A stretch of DNA of 27,386 nt from a virus (lineage: Duplodnaviria > Heunggongvirae > Uroviricota > Caudoviricetes). Where the stretch lies: the IMG/VR virus record IMGVR_UViG_2648501669_000002, positions 1 to 27,386 of that record. One strand, given 5' to 3'. Position numbers and translations under genes: made by a program. Shown piece by piece: positions 5,613 through 12,271 of this stretch; positions within the stretch are counted from its first letter, which is position 1; every line of letters starts with the position of its first letter. The notes beneath the pieces are model-generated. The model was not told the origin of the DNA, did not search any database, and saw only the letters and a program-made list of their open reading frames with translations.

Positions 5613-8434
5613 GCGAGTTTGCATGGAGCTGGAATGAACCACGACCAGCCATTGATCCGGCCAGATTTACGGAGCGCAGGCAGGAAACTGAAACCGACCT
5701 GCAACGCGCCATCCGTTACTACCTTGAGGCAGACAAAAGGGCACAGGAAGAACAGGAAGCGAAGGAAGAAGCCTTTTTCGCACAATCCGCCATGGGTAAA
5801 AAACTCATGGCATCCCTTGAGGAAGCCGGACAGCGTGAAAAGCTGGCACAGAGCATCATCAGTAAGCGCCGGGCAACAGAACAAGACCCAGTAGCCCGTG
5901 CCTTTGCTACACTAAAGGCACTACCTGTTTATCTGCGTGAACCACTGAGCCGCCACCTCTCTTTCCTGCGCAAAAAACAGGAAGCCGATCGCCAGAAAGG
6001 CAAAAAGAGCTGGCAGGCGGAACGCTATGCACGCGGAACCCTGCGCAAAATATTCGAACGTCTGGATCGCACTGACGGACGCTGGCTGACACCGGGTTAT
6101 CGCTCCCTTGCCGGGCGCGAACGCCTGGACGATTTGCTTTACCTGCCGCAGCTCAACAAGCACCAGATACAGACGCTGGCCACCATGATCGCGGCGATGT
6201 TCAGCAGCACCTTCGAAACACTCTGCGATGGCTTTGGTGCCAGAGATGGCGAGCTGACCATGGATGTAATGTTGAAGGCTTACCGGATGCTGGCTCGTAT
6301 CGCATTACGCCTGCACATCATGCCGCCACATTACGAAGCCCTGAACAAGAGCGAACCGGATACGGAACTGCTGCCGGGTGCAATCCTTCGCCTGACCTGT
6401 GCGGACTGGTGGAAACGCAAACTGTGGCTGTTACGTTGCGAGTGGAGAGAAGAACAACTCCGCGCCGCCTGTCTGGTTTCCAGAAAAACATCGCCTTATC
6501 TGAGCCAGGACGCGTTAAGCGAGTTTCGCGCACAGCGCGAGAAAACACGCGATTTCCTGAAAAGTTTCATGCTGGAAAACGAAGACGGGTTCACGATTGA
6601 TCTCGAGACAGTGTATTACGCGGGAGTAAGTAACCCGGTTCACCGTAAGGCAGAAATGATGGCCACCATGAAGGGGCTGGAACTTCTGGCTGAAGCCCGT
6701 GGTGACAAAGCGGTGTTTCTGACTGTCACCTGCCCGTCAAAATACCACGCAACAACGGAGAACGGTCATCCGAATCCCAAATGGAACGGGGCCACCATGC
6801 GCGACTCCAGCGATTACCTGGTTAACACGTTTTTTGCGGCGGTCCGCAAGAAACTGAACCGCGACGGCCTGCGCTGGTATGGCATCCGCACGGTGGAGCC
6901 TCACCATGACGGCACCGTGCACTGGCATATGATGGTCTTTGCCCATCCGGAAGAAATCGACACCATTGTGTCCCACACCCGCGATATTGCCATTCAGGAA
7001 GATCGTCACGAGCTGGGCGATGATATTACTCCGCGCTTTAAGGCGGAGTATGTAGACGGCTCAAAAGGCACGCCAACCAGCTACATCGCCACCTACATCG
7101 GAAAGAACCTGGACAGCCGCGCCGTGGATGGCATCGACCCGAAAACGGGCAAGCCACGCGTTGACCACGAAACAGGAAAATCAATGGCCGAGAGCGTGGA
7201 GCGCGCCATCGGCTGGGCGCGCCTTCACCGGGTCCGCCAGTTCCAGTTCTTTGGCATTCCCTCCCGTCAGGTGTGGCGTGAACTCCGCCGCCTTGCCAGC
7301 CAGATGGCACGCAACCCGGAAGGCCAGCAACGGCTGAAGGATGACGCAATGGACGCGGTTCTTGCTGCCGCTGATGCCGGATGTTTTGCCACCTACATTG
7401 AGAAACAGGGCGGCGTACTTGTTCCACGCAAAGACTACCTGATTCGCACCGCCTACGACCTCGCAGATGAGCTGAACGATTACGGTGAACAGAGCGTACA
7501 GATTTACGGGATCTGGTCGCCGCTCATCGGGGAGTCTTCCCGCGTATGTACACATCCGGATAACTGGAAGCTGGTAAGACGCAAACCGGAAGCGGGAGAC
7601 AGCGCCCGCGAAAATGGTTTTGACCTTCAGGGCGGCCCTGCCGCCCCTTGGACTCATGGCAATAACTGTCCCCGTGTACAGGAAACAGGCAACAGCGGGA
7701 CAGAACTGTCGGAAGAGCAACCAACACCGTGGCCGCAGATCCCTGACAGCGTTGATGTGGATGAATGGATGCGCTCACTGAAACGGCACGAACGCCGGGC
7801 GCTGATGCGTTCGCTGCGTGACAAACAGGCAAAAAACAGCAGTGATGAAATGCAGAGCTGGACACAGAGCCGCAAACAGCCGCGACCTTTGCCTGATAAC
7901 CACGAGTTACTCGCTAAAGAATGGCGGGAGTCTGCTGAATCTCTCGGCCTGCATATTGGTGAACAGCAGATGCAGCACCTGTTACGGGGCGGCAGTCTGT
8001 ACGTTGACGGCAGCATCATTGCACCGCAGGGATTTGAAATTGTACGCAAACCGGATACCCGCCCGGACAGCCGAATCACGCAGCTCTGGCAGCGCCTGAG
8101 CCGTAATCACGGCGTAAGCAGCACGGAGATCCGCCATAACCCGGTCGCCAGTTATCTGGAACAGCTAGGGGCATCAGACCCCGAAGCCGCCGCACGCCTG
8201 GCATCCACACTTCAGCAAGACCAGAACACCATGAAAACACCCGTTACCGTGCTTTCTGACATGCTGCGCGCCATCCGTGACGCAGAGCACGCACAGAGAA
8301 TCAGTGAAACCACTGAACGCGCCCGCCGCAAAGCAAACCTGCTGCGGGGTGGCCTGACCAGTGGAAACAAAAAACAGACAGAAACGGGATTCACAAATCC
8401 CGTAAATGAGCAAAAAACGCGCCGCGATATATGA
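5609..8434 (+). CDS. A: Rolling-circle replication initiation endonuclease, P2 gpA family
   Basis: Track ORF 5582..8434 (GTG at 5582; ATG at 5609 coupled to the upstream stop is preferred). Contains the HUH-type motif VEPHHDGTVHWHMMVFAH and a paired-tyrosine segment TSYIATYIGKN, as in the P2 gpA endonuclease domain, plus an FLTVTCPSKYH motif. At 941 aa it is longer than P2 gpA (about 760 aa, from memory). Confidence 0.85.
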   Translation: MSEFAWSWNEPRPAIDPARFTERRQETETDLQRAIRYYLEADKRAQEEQEAKEEAFFAQSAMGKKLMASLEEAGQREKLAQSIISKRRATEQDPVARAFATLKALPVYLREPLSRHLSFLRKKQEADRQKGKKSWQAERYARGTLRKIFERLDRTDGRWLTPGYRSLAGRERLDDLLYLPQLNKHQIQTLATMIAAMFSSTFETLCDGFGARDGELTMDVMLKAYRMLARIALRLHIMPPHYEALNKSEPDTELLPGAILRLTCADWWKRKLWLLRCEWREEQLRAACLVSRKTSPYLSQDALSEFRAQREKTRDFLKSFMLENEDGFTIDLETVYYAGVSNPVHRKAEMMATMKGLELLAEARGDKAVFLTVTCPSKYHATTENGHPNPKWNGATMRDSSDYLVNTFFAAVRKKLNRDGLRWYGIRTVEPHHDGTVHWHMMVFAHPEEIDTIVSHTRDIAIQEDRHELGDDITPRFKAEYVDGSKGTPTSYIATYIGKNLDSRAVDGIDPKTGKPRVDHETGKSMAESVERAIGWARLHRVRQFQFFGIPSRQVWRELRRLASQMARNPEGQQRLKDDAMDAVLAAADAGCFATYIEKQGGVLVPRKDYLIRTAYDLADELNDYGEQSVQIYGIWSPLIGESSRVCTHPDNWKLVRRKPEAGDSARENGFDLQGGPAAPWTHGNNCPRVQETGNSGTELSEEQPTPWPQIPDSVDVDEWMRSLKRHERRALMRSLRDKQAKNSSDEMQSWTQSRKQPRPLPDNHELLAKEWRESAESLGLHIGEQQMQHLLRGGSLYVDGSIIAPQGFEIVRKPDTRPDSRITQLWQRLSRNHGVSSTEIRHNPVASYLEQLGASDPEAAARLASTLQQDQNTMKTPVTVLSDMLRAIRDAEHAQRISETTERARRKANLLRGGLTSGNKKQTETGFTNPVNEQKTRRDI
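8384..8403. repeat. Palindrome ACGGGATT-CACA-AATCCCGT (copy 1, inside the 3' end of gpA)
   Basis: Read directly: perfect 8-bp arms. Confidence 0.45.
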
Positions 8435-8456
8435 AGCGCGCACAAAACAGGCGAAA

Positions 8457-8476
8457 GCGGGAGTTCAGAATCCCGT
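8457..8476. repeat. Related imperfect palindrome GCGGGAGTTCAGAATCCCGT (copy 2, upstream of parM)
   Basis: Shares the GAATCCCGTAA half with copy 1; centres about 73 bp apart; 34 nt upstream of the parM ATG. Confidence 0.4.
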
Positions 8477-8509
8477 AACCGATTAATTAATCAACATAAG
8501 GAAATCGAC

Positions 8510-9469
8510 ATGAAAATTTGTATCGACGACGGCTCCACCAACATCAAGCTGGCATGGACTGAGAACGGCGAACGCCGCAACGCCATCAGCCCGAACAGCT
8601 TCAAGTCGGAATGGTCAGCGCCGTTCGGTGGCACGCAGCCCGCGAACTACATGCTTGATGGCGTGCGCTATGGTTTTGATCCGGTCAGCGATCGCTTTGT
8701 CCAGACGACCGACACGCAATACCAGTACAGCGATGTGAATGTTATTGCCATTCATCATGCGCTGGTCAAATCAGGCATCACACCACAGGAGGTGGATGTG
8801 GTTGTCACCCTGCCACTGAGCGAGTATTTCGATACAAACGCACAGCCGGACATGGCCAACATCAGCCGCAAAAAAGCGAACGTTATGCGCCCGGTGGAGT
8901 ACCAGAACGGCGAAGCATTCACTATCCGTAACGTGCGGGTTATGCCTGAATCCATTCCGGCAGGCTTTAAAGCACTGGCTGACATGAGTCCGTTTGAATC
9001 CCTGCTGATTGTGGATTTGGGCGGAACCACGCTGGATGTGGCAAAGGTTCAGGGGCAACTGGCAGGTATCAGCCAGGTGTTTTGCGATCCACACGTAGGC
9101 GTTTCTCTGATGGCCGATGCCGTGCTGTCGGTGATGGCCACCAACGGTATGCGTACCAGTCACCACATCGCTAATACCATTATCGAACATCGCCACGATG
9201 AAGCCTGGCTGCGCCAGCACATCCACAATGACGCGCATTACGCCAGCCTGATGGCAGTTATTCGTGAAAAGGAGGAAACACTGAAACAACGCGTGATCCG
9301 CGCGCTGGCGGGTTTTTCGGGTTACGGGCGGGTGATGGTTGTCGGTGGAGGGGCGGAGATTGTGGCACCCGCCATCCGCGAAGCCTGCGGAGTTAATGCG
9401 ACTTTCATCGCGGACGGGGTGCCACAGTTTGCTCTGGTTAATGGGCTGTACGCAATGGACAAGGAGTAA
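8510..9469 (+). CDS. parM: ParM-like actin-type segregation ATPase
   Basis: Track ORF of 319 aa. N-terminus MKICIDDGSTNIKLAW closely matches plasmid R1 ParM (MLVFIDDGSTNIKLQW, from memory), with further ParM-like segments (ISPNSFK, QYSDVNVIAIHHAL, DLGGTTLD). AAGGA SD. Confidence 0.85.
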   Translation: MKICIDDGSTNIKLAWTENGERRNAISPNSFKSEWSAPFGGTQPANYMLDGVRYGFDPVSDRFVQTTDTQYQYSDVNVIAIHHALVKSGITPQEVDVVVTLPLSEYFDTNAQPDMANISRKKANVMRPVEYQNGEAFTIRNVRVMPESIPAGFKALADMSPFESLLIVDLGGTTLDVAKVQGQLAGISQVFCDPHVGVSLMADAVLSVMATNGMRTSHHIANTIIEHRHDEAWLRQHIHNDAHYASLMAVIREKEETLKQRVIRALAGFSGYGRVMVVGGGAEIVAPAIREACGVNATFIADGVPQFALVNGLYAMDKE

Positions 9470-9473
9470 ACCA

Positions 9474-9785
9474 ATGACGACACCAACCAGACGGATAAGT
9501 TTCTATCTGAAGCCCGCCGCCGTCAAGAACGAAGGCGAAGCATGCGCCTGGCTGGACAGCCTTACACCAGAAGCCCGCAAAAGCGGCCAACGCGTGGCTT
9601 TTCTGGCCGGGCTGGCACTTCTGAAAATGAATCCGGCAGAGGCTTACCGACTGGCTGCATGGGCTGATGATGAAGCGTTATCAGTGACACAGACCAGGAC
9701 AGAACGCCCCGCATCACAGCCAGTATCAACCGCACAGATAACCAGCCAGATGGCCGGGAATATCCAGGCGTTATTTCCTGAATAA
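9474..9785 (+). CDS. parR: ParR-like centromere-binding adaptor
   Basis: In-frame Met 46 of track ORF 9339..9785, 4 nt after the parM stop. RRISFYLKP...LDSLTPEARKSGQRVAFLAGLAL parallels R1 ParR (RRTIAFKLNP...LDSIPQGERSRLNRAALTAGLAL, from memory). Confidence 0.7.
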   Translation: MTTPTRRISFYLKPAAVKNEGEACAWLDSLTPEARKSGQRVAFLAGLALLKMNPAEAYRLAAWADDEALSVTQTRTERPASQPVSTAQITSQMAGNIQALFPE

Positions 9786-9791
9786 CACAAC

Positions 9792-9813
9792 ATCAGGGCA
9801 TATTTGCCCTGAT
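9792..9813. other. Perfect hairpin (9-bp stem ATCAGGGCA / TGCCCTGAT, 4-nt loop) just after the parR stop
   Basis: Read directly; no trailing U-tract, so a regulatory or processing role is as likely as termination. Confidence 0.3.
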
Positions 9814-9848
9814 ATCCCCTCTCAAACAAGGCAGCAACAAACTGCCCG

Positions 9849-9876
9849 TTGAATAACACAAATTACATGTTATGAT
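9849..9876 (+). promoter_or_regulatory. Candidate sigma70 promoter (TTGAAT-16 nt-TATGAT) for the 9900..10660 cassette
   Basis: Read directly; the -35 overlaps the second copy of the 12-bp direct repeat TGAATAACACAA (9779-9790 and 9850-9861). Confidence 0.35.
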
Positions 9877-9899
9877 TAACTCATAAGTAACCCCCGTTT

Positions 9900-10286
9900 G
9901 TGTCTTACGTTATGAATGATCAAGATTATGGGCTTGATACCCTATTGGATATGCACGGCTACCAGCACCACATGGATAATGGCTACTGGTGGAAGATTGA
10001 AGCCTACCGGGTCAGCCCAAGCCCATTCAGACCCCACGGGATACGTTACAATCTGACATTACATGACCAGTACAATTCCCGCATATTTGGGATGGATAAT
10101 GCTCATGGAATAAAACCACCGAAGAAGGGCCGTTTCACAGGGAAATTAACTGTTTACGACCATGTGCACCGCACAACATTTGACAAAGGCTATCCCTATG
10201 AATTCATTTCTGCGGAACAGCTTTTATCTGACTTCTTCGATAACGTAGATCGCATCATTGACGAAATCACAAGGGGGAATCAATGA
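9900..10286 (+). CDS. Uncharacterised protein (128 aa), candidate toxin/effector of a two-gene module
   Basis: Track ORF (GTG at 9900; first ATG at 9912). AT-richer than flanking phage genes. His/aromatic-rich segments (HGYQHHMDNGYWWK, YDHVHRTTFDKGYPYEF). Stop overlaps the start of the next gene (ATGA at 10283-10286). Confidence 0.6.
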   Translation: MSYVMNDQDYGLDTLLDMHGYQHHMDNGYWWKIEAYRVSPSPFRPHGIRYNLTLHDQYNSRIFGMDNAHGIKPPKKGRFTGKLTVYDHVHRTTFDKGYPYEFISAEQLLSDFFDNVDRIIDEITRGNQ

Positions 10287-10660
10287 AAGCCCGTATCGGG
10301 ATTATCCCTGAAAATATCCTCCGCCAGCGGCTACTGGATGTCGCCAGAGGAAAACGTAAACCACTGCCAGATGAACCAAAAGTATGGTTTTCTTCACTGC
10401 ACGCTGTAGGGCAAGCTCTGAGTAACGAAAACATTGCTCTGTTACGTCTGATGGATGAAGAAAAACCTCAAACAATGACAGAGTTGGCAGAAATGTCAGG
10501 CAGGAAACTGAGCAATCTTTCAGTAACCTTAAAAATGCTGAGCGGCTACGGTTTTGTCAGCCTGGAAAAGAAAGGCAATACCATTCTCCCGAAAGCATTA
10601 TTCACCGATTTTGAAATCATCATTGATCCATCTGTCGGAACCACTCATCGGGCCGCCTGA
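10283..10660 (+). CDS. Winged-HTH DNA-binding protein (125 aa), candidate antitoxin/regulator
   Basis: Track ORF. Segment PQTMTELAEMSGRKLSNLSVTLKMLSGYGFVSLEKKGNTI has a MarR/wHTH-like helix-turn-helix-wing pattern; translationally coupled to the upstream ORF. Confidence 0.65.
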   Translation: MKARIGIIPENILRQRLLDVARGKRKPLPDEPKVWFSSLHAVGQALSNENIALLRLMDEEKPQTMTELAEMSGRKLSNLSVTLKMLSGYGFVSLEKKGNTILPKALFTDFEIIIDPSVGTTHRAA

Positions 10661-10850
10661 TCCCCACCAAACCAGGGCGATAATCACGCATCGCCCTGCT
10701 GCACAATAGTGCACAAAAAACGCGCTTTTTCTGCGCGCAGGTGACGGGGGAACAGTCCGCGCTTCAGGGGTAAATGGCACCTCCTGAAAGATGCCACAGC
10801 ATCATAATAGAATGAGCGTGTTGTTCACGACACACGCAAAAACAAGAAAA

Positions 10851-10891
10851 CCCGGAACGGGTGCGCAAATTCTTTGTGCGCCCGTTCTGGG
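10851..10891. terminator. Long hairpin, probable intrinsic terminator between convergent operons
   Basis: 19-bp arms (CCCGGAACGGGTGCGCAAA / TTTGTGCGCCCGTTCTGGG) with a 3-nt loop. The three mismatches are G-U wobbles in plus-strand RNA. On the minus strand the hairpin is followed by a U-rich tract (complement of AAAAACAAGAAAA, 10838-10850), 23 nt downstream of the ogr-like stop. Confidence 0.5.
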
Positions 10892-10913
10892 TTGGACAAG
10901 CGAAGCGCGTCAG

Positions 10914-11171
10914 CTATCCAGCCTGCAACAGCTCCAGCGCCATCTGTTTTTCTTCCGGGCGCATCCGTTCAATCAACAGCTTTAACACACCGTTATCCAG
11001 CCCGCTGGGCACCAGTGTGTGCGAGTAGGTCAGATTCATCACCCAGGTATGTCCGCACTCGAGACGGGTGCAACGGTAATACACATCAGCAAACTGATCG
11101 GTTTTCCAGGCTGTTTTCTCAATCACTGCACGAGCACCACAGCAATGACACCGCGCTTTCTGTCTGCGCAT
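10914..11171 (-). CDS. ogr: Ogr/Delta-family zinc-finger late transcription activator
   Basis: In-frame Met 24 of track ORF 10914..11240, preceded on the minus strand by GGGAGGTGGAAA. Cys pattern C-x2-C...(23 aa)...C-x4-C (CHCC...CTRLEC) matches the P2 Ogr zinc-finger topology (CPLC...CQNVNC, from memory). Confidence 0.7.
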   Translation of the reverse strand: MRRQKARCHCCGARAVIEKTAWKTDQFADVYYRCTRLECGHTWVMNLTYSHTLVPSGLDNGVLKLLIERMRPEEKQMALELLQAG

Positions 11172-11236
11172 TTTCCACCTCCCGGAACAACGTTTTACTG
11201 CTGCTGATTTTACCCGCTCCTTCTCCATGTCGCACA

Positions 11237-12271
11237 TCACTCCGTGGCTTCATTAAATTCAAGAATAAATTCCACCTGCCCCAGTCGCCTGATATCAGGG
11301 TCACTATTGATTCCCTCCATAATCAGGCGGCGCATCGGAATAACCTCATCTCTGTAATATGCCTCGCGGGATTTCAGCGGATCACCAAGCCCGGCCGTAT
11401 TTGCGGGAATGATGCCGGCAAGTCCGGGTGGAAAACGGTGCGCAACGAGCTGATCCTGGGCACTGATGGTTTTTATATTCAGGAATTCATCTTTTGTACC
11501 TGAATCCCCGATAGGGATCACCTTAACGCCTTCTTTGTCTCCGCCAGGTATATTGATAAACATGGATTTAAAATTGCCCGCCCCTTTTGACGCCTCTATC
11601 TTTTTACGGAATTCCGCCTCGAGCTCGGGATCCATGTCCGGGTCAGTGGAATACAGGATATAACCAAGATGTGCGCCGTTCTTGTAATACTTGCGGCGAA
11701 AGCGGGTGGCATCCACATTCAGCATGGCAGATTCCATCCCGTGAATATAATCCGGGACACCGTAAACCTGCTGTTGTGGGTCATAAATTGCCACGAACAC
11801 CACTTCGCCTGGCGGGTAAACGAGATCTTCCAGTGCCGCCTGCACAATCACCGTGCCACCTTCGTTGTTGCGTCGCAGGTACAGAGAAGGCAACGTATGC
11901 AGGCGCACCACCCGCCCGAAGCCATTGCGCACTTTAAGCAGCCCCATATCCCCGAATATCAGCAGATTGGTCACTGCTGCCGCCATGGCGGCGTGTGTCA
12001 TACCACCACCACCCCGAAAACCCTGCATGATCATATTCACGCGCGCACGCAATACCGCGCCGTGATACGGTGCGATATTGGACAACATGGCGAGATCCAT
12101 GCGCTCAATGGGCGGCGTGTACCAGCCGTTATAGCCATCCCAGAGCGAGCCGTAATAACAGCCCCATGCAGCGACCGGTTCCGGGTCACCAAATTCAATA
12201 AACGTCATTTTGCTGGCTGTTTTTTTTGCCACGCCATCGTGTAACACGGGGTATTTTTTCTTTTTACTCAT
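11237..12271 (-). CDS. Q: Portal protein, P2 gpQ-like
   Basis: Track ORF of 344 aa, the same length as P2 gpQ, directly downstream of and overlapping the terminase ATPase gene on the same strand, in the conserved P2 Q-P arrangement. Confidence 0.85.
   Translation of the reverse strand: MSKKKKYPVLHDGVAKKTASKMTFIEFGDPEPVAAWGCYYGSLWDGYNGWYTPPIERMDLAMLSNIAPYHGAVLRARVNMIMQGFRGGGGMTHAAMAAAVTNLLIFGDMGLLKVRNGFGRVVRLHTLPSLYLRRNNEGGTVIVQAALEDLVYPPGEVVFVAIYDPQQQVYGVPDYIHGMESAMLNVDATRFRRKYYKNGAHLGYILYSTDPDMDPELEAEFRKKIEASKGAGNFKSMFINIPGGDKEGVKVIPIGDSGTKDEFLNIKTISAQDQLVAHRFPPGLAGIIPANTAGLGDPLKSREAYYRDEVIPMRRLIMEGINSDPDIRRLGQVEFILEFNEATE

Noticed and set aside
5619-5894. 91-aa ORF overlapping the start of gpA
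   Set aside because: An out-of-frame read within the replication gene with a basic low-complexity translation; no independent start context.
10660-10850. Cluster of short dyads after the wHTH gene (for example CAGGGCGA...TCGCCCTG at 10673-10698 and TGCACAATAGTGCA), considered as a cos or att site
   Set aside because: Short stems without a recognisable cos core or att repeat; cannot be distinguished from ordinary terminator or operator structure by eye.
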